Below the pieces are notes generated by a model that saw nothing but the letters and a program-made list of their open reading frames with translations, did not search any database and was not told the DNA's origin. The translations under genes were made by a program, and so were the position numbers. Positions 33,313-43,271 of a stretch of 64,000 bases of DNA are shown piece after piece (position 1 is the first letter of the stretch; every line of letters starts with the position of its first letter). The stretch is from a phage. The stretch lies in sequence record PZ452578.1; one strand, given 5' to 3'.

Positions 33313-33336
33313 CGTTTTGTGAAAAAAAATTTTTGA

Positions 33337-33365
33337 AATAAAAAAGGGAGAGCCTCGGCTCTCCC
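33337..33365 (-). terminator. rho-independent terminator upstream of motA promoter
   Basis: GGGAGAGC-CGAG-GCUCUCCC plus long U-run. Confidence 0.65.
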
Positions 33366-33370
33366 TAAAA

Positions 33371-33520
33371 TTACTGCATGACTGTGATAACTGTCATGAT
33401 AACACGTTGAATTCCGAACGCAAGAAGACCTCCTGCTACGGCTGGAACAACGCCTAAACCCGCTAGTAAAATGCTACCAGATACTAATGCAGCGCTTGTA
33501 ATACCTATGAATGGACTCAT
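33371..33520 (-). CDS. small hydrophobic membrane protein (49 aa)
   Basis: ATG 33520 overlaps gene 52 stop (ATGA); below track cutoff; terminator follows. Confidence 0.4.
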   Translation of the reverse strand: MSPFIGITSAALVSGSILLAGLGVVPAVAGGLLAFGIQRVIMTVITVMQ

Positions 33521-34845
33521 TTGATTTCCTCTAAATCTTTGGTGTATTCTGTAACTACATCAGTAGTTTTCCAATATTCGTTTTCTTCTTTTTTGGCTTT
33601 AGCTTCTTCAGCAAGTTTCTTCGCTTCATCGGAAGTCATATGAAAAATATTCATTCCAACTAGTTTATCAACATAAGAAGAATACATATCGATTTTCGAA
33701 AGTTCTTCGGTCAGTTCTTTACGAGTTTTACCCTGTACAACGATTTCACCTGAAATTACTTTCTTAATGAAATGTGCCTTGGCAAAGGCTAAACGAAAAG
33801 CTGATTCAGTTTCTTTAATTTTGTTATCAATTCGTTTTTGGACATAAGTTTTACGAACTTCAACAAAGTCTTTAATTAAATCAACTACGTTATCGTAAAC
33901 TTGTAGTTTTCCTTTCTCATTAATAACCGTAATATTCTGAGAACGACGTTCAATCAATCCGAAGTCTTTCATAATTTTTGCATGGCGTTCTTCTTCGTTA
34001 TCGCTCAAAGAGTATTCTTTGCGGAATTTAACTTTGAAGCCAAAACCATGCTCACCACAAGCATCATCCCATGTAATGAAGCCTTTATCTTCAAGCGGGT
34101 CTAAGATTTTACTCACATAAGTTTCACGATCATACTTATACGGAATCTCAGTGATATGCATTTGAGTTCGTGAAGTAAACTTATATGTTCCACGAATTTC
34201 ATATTGACCGTCAATCTCAACGACTTCACCACGAAATTCTGGGAATTCTACCTTTGGTTTAGTTACTTTCTTTCCTTGAAGAGCTTGTAATACAGCTTTC
34301 TTGACAGAAGAAACACTATGAGGAAGAATGTAAGTTGCATAACCAGTTGCAATACCGGAAACGCCATTAAGAAGAACAGTAGGAATAATAGGCAAATAGA
34401 AAGCAGGCGGAATATGTTCTTTATCTTGATGTACCGGAGCATATTCAGTATCTTTATATACGTTATAGAAATTTTTACTTACACGAGCAAAAATATAACG
34501 ACTTGCCGCTGCCTTTTGGACAGTACGAGAACCAAAGTTTCCTTGACCGTCTAACAAAGGAAAGTTATTATTCCAAGTATTAGCCATCAAAGCCCCCGCA
34601 TCTTGTGCAGAGTTTTCACCATGATGATATCCAAGGTCCGCTACACCGCCTGCGATAGAAGCGAGTTTGTGAAACTTATCTTTATTTCCTCGTGCCAAAT
34701 CAAGAGCTCGAGCAATAACAAATCGTTGAACTGGCTTAAATCCGTCAATCATATTTGGGATAGCACGATTTTCAACCGTGTACATAGCATAAGCCAGTGC
34801 TTCATTATCAATGATACTTTTTAAATCGCGATTATTCAGTTGCAT
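33517..34845 (-). CDS. 52: DNA topoisomerase II medium subunit gp52 (442 aa)
   Basis: 442 aa as T4 gp52; GyrA-like. Confidence 0.9.
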   Translation of the reverse strand: MQLNNRDLKSIIDNEALAYAMYTVENRAIPNMIDGFKPVQRFVIARALDLARGNKDKFHKLASIAGGVADLGYHHGENSAQDAGALMANTWNNNFPLLDGQGNFGSRTVQKAAASRYIFARVSKNFYNVYKDTEYAPVHQDKEHIPPAFYLPIIPTVLLNGVSGIATGYATYILPHSVSSVKKAVLQALQGKKVTKPKVEFPEFRGEVVEIDGQYEIRGTYKFTSRTQMHITEIPYKYDRETYVSKILDPLEDKGFITWDDACGEHGFGFKVKFRKEYSLSDNEEERHAKIMKDFGLIERRSQNITVINEKGKLQVYDNVVDLIKDFVEVRKTYVQKRIDNKIKETESAFRLAFAKAHFIKKVISGEIVVQGKTRKELTEELSKIDMYSSYVDKLVGMNIFHMTSDEAKKLAEEAKAKKEENEYWKTTDVVTEYTKDLEEIK

Positions 34846-34982
34846 AAATTTACCATACTAGTGAATGTAGTGCCATAATAACATCAGAAATGAAAAGCAC
34901 GACTTGAATTAATCCGAACATTACTCCATAATATAGTGCTACCAATAAAGTAGCAAGGGCTAATGAATAGCCCAAGATTTTC

Positions 34983-35141
34983 TTAATCATTAGTAGATAA
35001 CAACACAAATGTTAAATATGCACACATACCCTGGGCTAAAGCTTGTGAAAACACACTGCTAGCATCGATACAGATAGTTAAAACACATGCTACTATCCAA
35101 CAAATAAATGAAATAACTCCTAATAATTTTGCGATATTCAT
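34983..35141 (-). CDS. small membrane protein (52 aa), paralogue of the ac-like ORF
   Basis: Internal ATG 35141 with GAGGAG SD (track ORF 34983..35171 starts at TTG); shares SVF-QA-AQG core with the 35152-35307 ORF. Confidence 0.45.
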   Translation of the reverse strand: MNIAKLLGVISFICWIVACVLTICIDASSVFSQALAQGMCAYLTFVLLSTND

Positions 35142-35151
35142 AATATTCTCC

Positions 35152-35307
35152 TCAACTATTTTTAGAACCAATGTACGCGAATAATGATAAAATCGCTAAT
35201 ACGCCCTGAGCTGATGCTTGCAAAAATACTGAAGTTTCTCCAGTTATTACTGTTCCGATGCATAAAAAGAACCAACAGAAAAAGGCTATACCGTGAACAA
35301 ATTTCAT
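35152..35307 (-). CDS. ac: small membrane protein (51 aa), candidate ac
   Basis: 51 aa (length I recall for T4 ac), position next to stp; GAGGAAAAT SD; below track cutoff. Confidence 0.4.
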   Translation of the reverse strand: MKFVHGIAFFCWFFLCIGTVITGETSVFLQASAQGVLAILSLFAYIGSKNS

Positions 35308-35314
35308 ATTTTCC

Positions 35315-35395
35315 TCACTGGCGTCCGAAGACGCCTTTGGTTTTAAGATTGTTACGATAGAACTGCATCACATGTTCGTTATGGAAATTACTCAT
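35315..35395 (-). CDS. stp: Stp peptide (26 aa)
   Basis: Hand translation gives [26 protein letters not shown], matching my memory of T4 Stp; ATG overlaps ndd stop. Confidence 0.7.
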
Positions 35396-35853
35396 TAATA
35401 TGCCTGCAAAACAAATTTAAAGTTATCAGCCAACATACGGTTCATTTCTTCAAGTGTTTGATACTCAGAATGATGATTACGAGTAAACGCCAAAGCTAAC
35501 TGACCTTTTCCAAATCCCGTCGTCAGAGGTTTCATCTTAGAAGCAGGCAGATAAAATACTGTGTATGGAACATTGTTATTTGCAATAGTACGTGCAAGCT
35601 GAGACCGACGTTGACGAATATGACTTAGAACTGCACTGAATCCTTGCTTAGAACGCTGATTACCTACATAAAATCGTGCTGACACACATGGATTACTAAA
35701 TGGACGACCATCTAATTTACTTACTAAAAAGTAAAATCCAGGTTTAGATAAAATATCTTTATGCGGAGTTCCCAAAAACCACTCACCACCCTTGATTGTA
35801 CCAATAACAGTAGCGCCTGCGTTGTTCAGATCAGTAACAGTCATGTATTTCAT
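35395..35853 (-). CDS. ndd: nucleoid disruption protein Ndd (152 aa)
   Basis: From internal ATG 35853 ([15 protein letters not shown]...) with GAGGAAATTAAT SD; track ORF extends to 35907. Confidence 0.75.
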
Positions 35854-35911
35854 ATTAATTTCCTCTAAATTATTTTCTACTCCATGGCCGCATGAATACG
35901 CGGCCATTAAA

Positions 35912-36127
35912 TTAATCGTCGCAGTCGACGCTCAATTCCCAAAACTCTTCTACAGTATAAGTTTCAGTATCATTTTCAATACAGAAACGTTCATTACTGT
36001 TATTTGCTAAAGTAGCATTAACTGTCGGTTTCTCGCTAGTGCTCTTAAGAGGTGAAATACGAATTAACTGATCACCGTTATCTAAACAGAAAATTTCACC
36101 AACTTTTACATCTTTAAAACTTTTCAT
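35912..36127 (-). CDS. hypothetical protein (71 aa)
   Basis: Track ORF with GAGGTGA SD. Confidence 0.45.
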   Translation of the reverse strand: MKSFKDVKVGEIFCLDNGDQLIRISPLKSTSEKPTVNATLANNSNERFCIENDTETYTVEEFWELSVDCDD

Positions 36128-36242
36128 AATTCACCTCAAGGAGTATAAAATCCGAATGCAGTTGTTGACCATCCCATCCAATATGGAAAATTTGCACCAA
36201 TGTAAAACATAAGAATATAAAACCAACCGCTCAGCAAATTCA

Positions 36243-36440
36243 TCATTTTACACCGTTCCAAATTGTTTCAACCACAGATTTTAAACCATTTTGATGAATA
36301 TCCATTCCGACTACCGCCATCAAATAAATTCCAACTACAACTGAACCTAAGGCAAAAATCAGCATGAAAATGAATAAAGCCGGAAAAATATTATCGAAAA
36401 ACCATTCAATAAATGTAAAAGCACTGCGTTTACGCTTCAT
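36243..36440 (-). CDS. small membrane protein (65 aa)
   Basis: Internal ATG 36440 with GAGGAAA SD; hydrophobic core. Confidence 0.4.
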   Translation of the reverse strand: MKRKRSAFTFIEWFFDNIFPALFIFMLIFALGSVVVGIYLMAVVGMDIHQNGLKSVVETIWNGVK

Positions 36441-36447
36441 ATTTTCC

Positions 36448-36561
36448 TCACATAAATCCAAAGTAAACGTTTAATACATCAATCATTAAAACGATTGGGA
36501 ATATACTCAAAACTACTAGTATTATAACTACATTCCATATAGCTTTAACAATCTTTTTCAT
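36448..36561 (-). CDS. small membrane peptide (37 aa)
   Basis: Internal ATG 36561 with GGAGGA SD; upstream part of track ORF contains the promoter 36589-36619. Confidence 0.35.
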   Translation of the reverse strand: MKKIVKAIWNVVIILVVLSIFPIVLMIDVLNVYFGFM

Positions 36562-36588
36562 TTTCTGTTCCTCCGTAGTTGATAGTTG

Positions 36589-36619
36589 TATAGTACCACA
36601 GAGGAACAGTCTTGTAAAC
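36589..36619 (-). promoter_or_regulatory. T4-type early promoter in ndd-denB region
   Basis: GTTTACA and TACTAT. Confidence 0.45.
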
Positions 36620-36835
36620 AACTTTTTAAAAATATTCGTAATAAATGTGAATACCAACTACTACCGCTGAAACCTGTGCAACCCACCACGCACAAGCAAT
36701 AAGTACAGAATTCAAAATTTTCATAATAACCTCATCACAAAAGTAAATGTTAAACAAATTAATGGAATACTAATTAACCAAACAAAACACCACCATAATG
36801 AACTCATAGTTCAATCTCAACGATTTTCATTTTAC

Positions 36836-37042
36836 TCAATAATCCGCTAAAAGATCGACGATTGTATCACGAAGACACTTATTCGCAATACGTTTAAGAG
36901 CAATTTCAGTTTCTGGAGCATTTTGAATAATCATTGAATTCAATTCAGCCTCAGCAAACTGAAGTTCTTTAACTAATTCAGCTTTATATTTTCCTTGCCC
37001 TTTCTTAGCTTTTGCTCGTTTTAATTCAGCTGTAGTAAACAT
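36836..37042 (-). CDS. hypothetical protein (68 aa)
   Basis: Internal ATG 37042 with GGAGAA SD; track ORF N-terminus overlaps promoter module. Confidence 0.4.
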   Translation of the reverse strand: MFTTAELKRAKAKKGQGKYKAELVKELQFAEAELNSMIIQNAPETEIALKRIANKCLRDTIVDLLADY

Positions 37043-37074
37043 TTTATTCTCCAAATCCGTATCAGTTGATAATT

Positions 37075-37104
37075 GTATATTACCACAGTCCTTGTGGTAT
37101 GTAA
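37075..37104 (-). promoter_or_regulatory. T4-type early promoter in ndd-denB region
   Basis: GTTTACA and TAATAT plus UP-like module. Confidence 0.45.
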
Positions 37105-37125
37105 ACCGTTTTGTGAAAAAATTTT

Positions 37126-37683
37126 TTAAATGGAAAGATACCATCCATTGTAGTTGCTTTTTCTTACAACCTTACGAAGGTCTTCTCTATCACCGATGAA
37201 TTTCGGAGTGTACTGGATGACACCTGGATGAATTTCTTTAGTGTTGAATATAATTATACAGTCAGCGACTTGATGATTTAGAATGGGCCCTAGATTTATT
37301 CCAGAACCATATGGATATTCTCCGCTGCATCCGGTTGTTACCGAAATCCATCGTGAGTCAGTTTGATGTGTTTTGACTTCTACACGAAGCCCACAGTATT
37401 TTGGATGCGCCAATACATCCCATGCATATGTGTACGGATCATCGACATCTTCTTGACCTTTATTAACATACCCGCTTAACCAATCTGCTACAAAAAACTC
37501 TGCGTACACAGCGATACGACATCTTTCGATAACTTCTGCCTTATCCTGGTTCGGGTTTTGTTTTAAAGAGTATCTTGCTGTATCAGCAATTTTGACTTTC
37601 ATTTCACTAGTCAAGTCACTGTTCGATAGGGTAAATGTCGGAATCTGAAATAGTCTCTGTAGCCCCGGATTCGTTTTCTGCAT
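37126..37683 (-). CDS. denB: endonuclease IV (185 aa)
   Basis: 185 aa as T4 DenB, position adjacent to rIIB. Confidence 0.7.
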   Translation of the reverse strand: MQKTNPGLQRLFQIPTFTLSNSDLTSEMKVKIADTARYSLKQNPNQDKAEVIERCRIAVYAEFFVADWLSGYVNKGQEDVDDPYTYAWDVLAHPKYCGLRVEVKTHQTDSRWISVTTGCSGEYPYGSGINLGPILNHQVADCIIIFNTKEIHPGVIQYTPKFIGDREDLRKVVRKSNYNGWYLSI

Positions 37684-37740
37684 TTAAACTTTCCTTTATG
37701 TCGGAATCACTGATATTCATATAAATCATAATTTCTCTTA

Positions 37741-37759
37741 AAACAAAAGGGCCGAAGCC
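37741..37759 (-). terminator. stem-loop / terminator GGGCUUCGGCCC plus UUUUGUU
   Basis: Identical hairpin also at 37967-37978. Confidence 0.55.
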
Positions 37760-37765
37760 CTTATT

Positions 37766-37960
37766 TTATTTGAATTGCGCAATTCTTTTCTCTAGACATT
37801 CAGCATAAGATTTCATTGAGATGAACTGTGAAAGCAGCAGTTCTTGCTCAACTGCACTAACTGTTAGAAACTTTGCGCTTTCTAAAAATTTACTCAGTGC
37901 ATTAATTTTGAGCATTAATTGATCGTATTCTTCTTTTACTCGTGCTTGATAACCTAACAT
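37766..37960 (-). CDS. hypothetical protein (64 aa) flanked by identical stem-loops
   Basis: Track ORF; AAGGAAAATT SD; hairpins at 37748-37759 and 37967-37978. Confidence 0.45.
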   Translation of the reverse strand: MLGYQARVKEEYDQLMLKINALSKFLESAKFLTVSAVEQELLLSQFISMKSYAECLEKRIAQFK

Positions 37961-37966
37961 AATTTT

Positions 37967-37978
37967 CCTTAGTTAAGG
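37967..37978 (-). other. stem-loop GGGCUUCGGCCC, second copy, after rIIB
   Basis: Same 20-nt sequence as at 37744-37763; no U-run. Confidence 0.5.
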
Positions 37979-37988
37979 GCCGAAGCCC

Positions 37989-38927
37989 TTATTTAAATTG
38001 TTCAGTAACGTCTTCAACTACTTCGTATTGGCAGGTACGCATTTTAGCATCGTTGTAATCAATCGGAATTGATACTACATCACGCGGATGTACTTTAACT
38101 TTTACAACTCGGCTAGTTGAACTGCCAAAGTGACGAATATAAGATTTAGAACACACGTGCAGACCACGAGAACAAGTTTGTGTATCATCGTCATTCACAC
38201 GAGTACGTGGCATTTTAACTACTTTACCAGGACTGTTATCAAAGGTATTTGAGTGGCAGTCAAAGTAATTGCTGCGAACTACTTTCCAAGCATAGAAGTA
38301 ACCATCTTCTGTAATTTCAATATCATTTGCTACCAAGAAATCAAAGAGTCGAGATACCGCTTTTTGGCTTGGGTTTTCCAACAGATTTTCCAAGAACGGA
38401 AAATAAAATTCAAAGTTTTCACCTTTTTCCATCGAGTCAAGAATACGATCAACCAAACCAGACCGCAATTCAATATTTTGATAGAACAAGCTTCCACCTT
38501 CAATTCGAACATCGCCGGAAATATATTTTTCAACAGCGCGACGAACATTAATTTTTTGTGCCGCTTCTTCCAACTTATCTGCTACGAGCAGATTAAGAAT
38601 TTCCTGGAAGTTTGAATGAGTATTAGGAGTTGCGTTATAAGTTACGCCATCAACAGTAATTGAAATGAATTTTTTAGATGCATTCCAAATAATGTCAGAT
38701 TTAGCAACTGGAGCAATAACTGCATCGCTATTAACTTTAACTGTAATATCACCGCTAATAGTAACTTTAGGGTGTTTAGCTTCTTCAGCATTTTTCAAAA
38801 CACGACGGATTGTGTCAACCGATACACCTTGCCAATCAGCCAATTCCTGTTGGGTGTAATTACCACTTGAATACAGTTTAACAATTTCAGCTTGTTCGTT
38901 TTTGGTCAGGCATTTAATATTGTACAT
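37989..38927 (-). CDS. rIIB: rIIB protein (312 aa)
   Basis: 312 aa, N-terminus MYNIKCLTKNEQAEIVKLY as T4 rIIB. Confidence 0.9.
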   Translation of the reverse strand: MYNIKCLTKNEQAEIVKLYSSGNYTQQELADWQGVSVDTIRRVLKNAEEAKHPKVTISGDITVKVNSDAVIAPVAKSDIIWNASKKFISITVDGVTYNATPNTHSNFQEILNLLVADKLEEAAQKINVRRAVEKYISGDVRIEGGSLFYQNIELRSGLVDRILDSMEKGENFEFYFPFLENLLENPSQKAVSRLFDFLVANDIEITEDGYFYAWKVVRSNYFDCHSNTFDNSPGKVVKMPRTRVNDDDTQTCSRGLHVCSKSYIRHFGSSTSRVVKVKVHPRDVVSIPIDYNDAKMRTCQYEVVEDVTEQFK

Positions 38928-38938
38928 AATTTTCCTTA

Positions 38939-41116
38939 TTAGGCCGCAAGGGCCTTCATAGTTTTAGCGATTTGGGAAACTTCATCATCACTTAAAGAGT
39001 TGCGATAACTGATGAAGTCGGAAACAATACGGAATTTCTTGGTAAACTCAGCAACCATTTTATCACTGTTTTTTGAAGCATTATTTGATAATACATCAAA
39101 AAGATTAGTTACTGTCCAGATGTCATGACCGATGGTATCTTTTCCACCATTAAAATATACACCCTGTAATGAACTAACCATATTAGCGAGTCGTGTATAT
39201 TCTTCAGAAACTTCATCTACACTGAAGTACTTCATCATAAAATCTAACTCAGGATACTTGATAATTTTATCAATATATCGTTTAGCTGAACTTGAATAAC
39301 CTACATACTTATCATAATCTACATCATCAAAAGCATCTACATATAAATCACGCAGAGTTTCAAAAATACATTGGCACTGACCAAGTTCTTTTACCTTTTT
39401 CTGTAAAAGCGGACGAATAACATAAAATTCATTAATGCCAATAAGATTAGCCATACGAATCAAAATATTCATAGATGGATGACAAAGAGATGTAGTACCA
39501 TCCATAGAGAAAATATCAGAACGATGCATATACGCTACATAACCAGTAATTTCATCTGCTTCTGATGTGAGCGTAAATAATTCCTCTTTTTCCCAGCGCC
39601 CGTCTTTAATTTCAAACTTAAATGCTGTAGCAGCTTTAGGACGAGGAGCTTTACTTTTAACTACCTTTGGAATATAGCTTTTAACTAAAGCTTCGATTTC
39701 TGACAAATAATGAATGTTAACTTCATCACTTTCAAACATTGCCATAATATCAGGAAGCAAATCAATCTGCGATTCTACTTCCGGATTAATAAACAGAAGA
39801 CGCTCATTGTGATGAATATTCAAAGTGTTATTAAATTCACTATCATCTAACGCGTGTGCTAATCCACGGACAATATTAACACGATTTTTAATATTATCAA
39901 TAACGATATTAATTTTTGTTGTATTAATACCAAACAGACGATAACTTGATGCAACGGCTGAAGTTTCATGACTTTGCTTAATGCGTTTCAGTCGAGGGTC
40001 AAGATTTACTTCATACACCACGCCTGCATTACATAACTTACTGTCAGGTTCAAACATGCTCTGCATCTTTTTATATGACAGATTTTTAGTCGTGAATTTG
40101 ACTGAATTACTAATCATATAATCTCGAGCAGAATACCCCATCTTCATCAATTCACGATATGTGTGACGGGGAGATGTAGATTCTTTAAATCGTTTTACAT
40201 CTTCATTAAATGCTTTCTCACTAAGCTCTTTAACTCGTTCAATAATATTTTTACGAGTACGATCATCCAATGAAAGAGCTTCACGTGATGGAGCAATATC
40301 AAGTGAACCCATTGGAAACTTAATGTAATTCACTTCATTGCGAATGCTTAGCCAGTTACGGTCTCTAATAACACCATCGATAGGATAAACAATACCGCCA
40401 TAGATAGCATATAATCCACCACGATCAGGCCAGTATCTTTCTGGATTTACACCATAATAATCATCAAAATCAGGAAAATAATCAATTTCGCGGTCAAGAC
40501 CATTAATGATAGCCAAATCTTTGAACGGTCGCATGATATAAGAAACTTCATAAGCAAAGTTTCTAAAGTCTTTTTCTTCAACTGGAACTACGATTTCAAT
40601 ACCAGTTTTATCATCTGGACCCATTTCTTTTACGAATGTAGGTTTAATCTGTGGACCATCACCATCCATATAAGCTACATAACCACGAATTTCACCTTTA
40701 TGATACGAAGTAATACTAAACGTATCAGTATAACTAAACGGAGATTTAGAACCTAAACCAAATCCGCCAATGAAATCGTTAGATTCAGCCTTAGATGAAC
40801 TGAAGTATGAATTATACAAACCAGGAGAATTATCATCACCCTGAATATCAAAATCACTCATACCCGGACCAAAATCTCGGCAAACAAATCGTGGATCTAA
40901 ACGTCCAGGAACTTGAATGATAAATTTTTCAGGATTTCCATTGAGAGCATGGGCATCAATCATGTTGGTAATCAATTCACGGACTACTGCGCGAATTTTG
41001 TTTGTATACAAATCAGATGACAGAATTTTAAATACTTTAGGAGATGCTGTGATGCTAAATGCTTTTGATTTAGAACCATTACCAAGAATTGTTTCTTTTT
41101 CAGTGGTGATAATCAT
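38939..41116 (-). CDS. rIIA: rIIA protein (725 aa)
   Basis: 725 aa as T4 rIIA; position. Confidence 0.9.
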   Translation of the reverse strand: MIITTEKETILGNGSKSKAFSITASPKVFKILSSDLYTNKIRAVVRELITNMIDAHALNGNPEKFIIQVPGRLDPRFVCRDFGPGMSDFDIQGDDNSPGLYNSYFSSSKAESNDFIGGFGLGSKSPFSYTDTFSITSYHKGEIRGYVAYMDGDGPQIKPTFVKEMGPDDKTGIEIVVPVEEKDFRNFAYEVSYIMRPFKDLAIINGLDREIDYFPDFDDYYGVNPERYWPDRGGLYAIYGGIVYPIDGVIRDRNWLSIRNEVNYIKFPMGSLDIAPSREALSLDDRTRKNIIERVKELSEKAFNEDVKRFKESTSPRHTYRELMKMGYSARDYMISNSVKFTTKNLSYKKMQSMFEPDSKLCNAGVVYEVNLDPRLKRIKQSHETSAVASSYRLFGINTTKINIVIDNIKNRVNIVRGLAHALDDSEFNNTLNIHHNERLLFINPEVESQIDLLPDIMAMFESDEVNIHYLSEIEALVKSYIPKVVKSKAPRPKAATAFKFEIKDGRWEKEELFTLTSEADEITGYVAYMHRSDIFSMDGTTSLCHPSMNILIRMANLIGINEFYVIRPLLQKKVKELGQCQCIFETLRDLYVDAFDDVDYDKYVGYSSSAKRYIDKIIKYPELDFMMKYFSVDEVSEEYTRLANMVSSLQGVYFNGGKDTIGHDIWTVTNLFDVLSNNASKNSDKMVAEFTKKFRIVSDFISYRNSLSDDEVSQIAKTMKALAA

Positions 41117-41126
41117 AATTTCCTCA

Positions 41127-41330
41127 TTAATTCATATTACGCTTAATAACTTCAGCAACTTCTAGTAGTTCATCTTTAGTTGCGGTGTCGGATTGAATTT
41201 TATCTCTAATATCTTTAAAGCGGTTTTTAAATTCTTCGGCTTCTCCCATATCGAAAAAGCGTTGAATGATTCTATATTCTCGATAAACTGCTTTATCAAA
41301 AAGTTCTAAATTTACTCTATATGATTTCAT
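41127..41330 (-). CDS. hypothetical protein (67 aa), rIIA.1 position
   Basis: Track ORF; early promoter 41356-41385. Confidence 0.5.
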   Translation of the reverse strand: MKSYRVNLELFDKAVYREYRIIQRFFDMGEAEEFKNRFKDIRDKIQSDTATKDELLEVAEVIKRNMN

Positions 41331-41355
41331 TTCAATATCCTCATTTGCCCAATTA

Positions 41356-41385
41356 ATTATACCACATCCTTGTGGTAAAGTAAAC
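41356..41385 (-). promoter_or_regulatory. T4-type early promoter upstream of rIIA.1
   Basis: GTTTAC and TATAAT. Confidence 0.45.
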
Positions 41386-43205
41386 TACTGGCTCATCCAT
41401 TCTTTACGAAGGTCAGCATTATCTCCCATGAGCATTTCAAAAAGCTCTTTCCAGTTCTCAGGAAGTTTAACAACATCATATACTGGATTTTGAATCATCT
41501 CACGATATTCAGATTTTTCCAAAGAGCCAAGTCCCTTAATATAACGGATACTATGTTTAGGTAGAGCATCTTTAGCACTCTCATATTCAGCGACTGTATA
41601 AAACCATTCTTGTTTTTTACCGACCTGAGCGATGATTACAGGAGTTTTGACAAAGCGAATTCGTCCTTGCTCAAACAATTCTGGCCAATTACTAAAAAAT
41701 CCGAGCAGAGAAGGATAAATGCTTCCTAAACCATCATGGTCAGCATCAGTCATAATAGCAATATTATGATAATTCAAGTTTTCAGCTTTTTCACCTAGAA
41801 CTAAACCCGTGATTGCGCAAATATCAAACAGTTCTTTGTTTTTAAGCATATCAGCATATGACATACCCCAACTGTTGAGAACTTTACCACGCAATGGATA
41901 ACCACCATGAAGTTCTTTATCACGAACATCAATAAGATATCCGATAGCAGAATCACCCTCAGTCAAGAAAAGAGTAGTGTCAGCATCTTTACCACAAAGA
42001 TTCGCTTTAATATGTTTATGAACCTTAGCTTTAGAAGCCTTTTTAGCTGCTTTAGTTTCTGCTGCTTTTTCTGCTGCCAATTTACGAGCTAATGCTGCTT
42101 CAATAATTGGCATCAAAATTGCTTCATTATTTAGAATAGCGCGTGAAATCTTTTTAGCATCAAGTTGAATATGACTACGGATTTCACCAAATGGAGAAGT
42201 CAAACGCTCTTTAGTTTGAGAATCAAATCGCATGTTTTTCATATCACGAACAAACATAACGATAGTCAAACATTCTTTGACACGTGCTTTAGTTACATCA
42301 ATTTTGAACTTACGTTTGATTTGTGGAATAAGGTCTTCACAAATATCATCCATAACACAGTCAATGTGATGGCCACCATTCTTAGTGTGAATGTTATTCA
42401 CATAAGTTAATTGACGAAATCCATCCGGTGAACGACCAACCGCAATAGAACAATTTTCTTGTTCTTGAACAATAGCATGTTCATCATACTGTCGTGCATA
42501 TTTCTTAAAATTGCCCTGAACCTTTTTACCATTAAAGGTAAATTGAATATCAGGATAAACAACAGCAAGTGTCTGGAGACGATCCAGTGTAATGTCAAGA
42601 TAAACTTGGGACAGCTCATTAGTTTCAAATGACATAAAATCAGGAATGAAAGTAACACGAGTTCCTTTCCATTTTCCAGGAATATCTTCCCATGATTTAT
42701 TTTCCATGCCATTTGAACAACGAACTACAATATTATTTTGACCATCACCAGTTTCACCGACAAACATCACAGAAAAAATGTTTGTCAAACTAGAACCAAC
42801 ACCATTCATACCACCGGTGACGCGTTCTTTATCATCACCGAAGTTACCACCTGCTTTTGGAATAGTCCACGCAGCAACAGGACCAGGAATTTCTTCACCT
42901 GTAGGTGTTTTAACCATCGCCTGTGGAATACCGCGACCGTTATCTTCAACTGTTACCTGATTATTTTTAATAGTAACATTAATTTTATTTGCGAATTTAA
43001 ACTTAGTACGAATACCTTCATCTACTGAGTTATCAATAATTTCATCAATAAGCTTAACAAGACCAGGTACATACTGAACACTTTCCCATTTACCAAACAG
43101 AAAGCGCTCATGCATTTCATTAGCAGAAGAGCCAATATACATGCCGCTACGCTTTTTGATATGTTCAATATCGCTCAGAATTTTAATTTCATTCTTAATC
43201 ATCAC
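41385..43205 (-). CDS. 39: DNA topoisomerase II large subunit, unsplit gp39 (606 aa)
   Basis: Continuous 606-aa GyrB-like ORF covering what T4 encodes as genes 39 plus 60. Confidence 0.9.
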   Translation of the reverse strand: MMIKNEIKILSDIEHIKKRSGMYIGSSANEMHERFLFGKWESVQYVPGLVKLIDEIIDNSVDEGIRTKFKFANKINVTIKNNQVTVEDNGRGIPQAMVKTPTGEEIPGPVAAWTIPKAGGNFGDDKERVTGGMNGVGSSLTNIFSVMFVGETGDGQNNIVVRCSNGMENKSWEDIPGKWKGTRVTFIPDFMSFETNELSQVYLDITLDRLQTLAVVYPDIQFTFNGKKVQGNFKKYARQYDEHAIVQEQENCSIAVGRSPDGFRQLTYVNNIHTKNGGHHIDCVMDDICEDLIPQIKRKFKIDVTKARVKECLTIVMFVRDMKNMRFDSQTKERLTSPFGEIRSHIQLDAKKISRAILNNEAILMPIIEAALARKLAAEKAAETKAAKKASKAKVHKHIKANLCGKDADTTLFLTEGDSAIGYLIDVRDKELHGGYPLRGKVLNSWGMSYADMLKNKELFDICAITGLVLGEKAENLNYHNIAIMTDADHDGLGSIYPSLLGFFSNWPELFEQGRIRFVKTPVIIAQVGKKQEWFYTVAEYESAKDALPKHSIRYIKGLGSLEKSEYREMIQNPVYDVVKLPENWKELFEMLMGDNADLRKEWMSQ

Positions 43206-43255
43206 TTATCCTCGTTTGGTTTCGGGAATATTATACTCCGGTAATCATAAAGCTA

Positions 43256-43271
43256 AAGGCCCGAAGGCCTT
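43256..43271 (-). other. stem-loop AAGGCC-UUCG-GGCCUU between lipoprotein ORF and gene 39
   Basis: Perfect palindrome; T-run lies on the plus-strand side. Confidence 0.45.
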
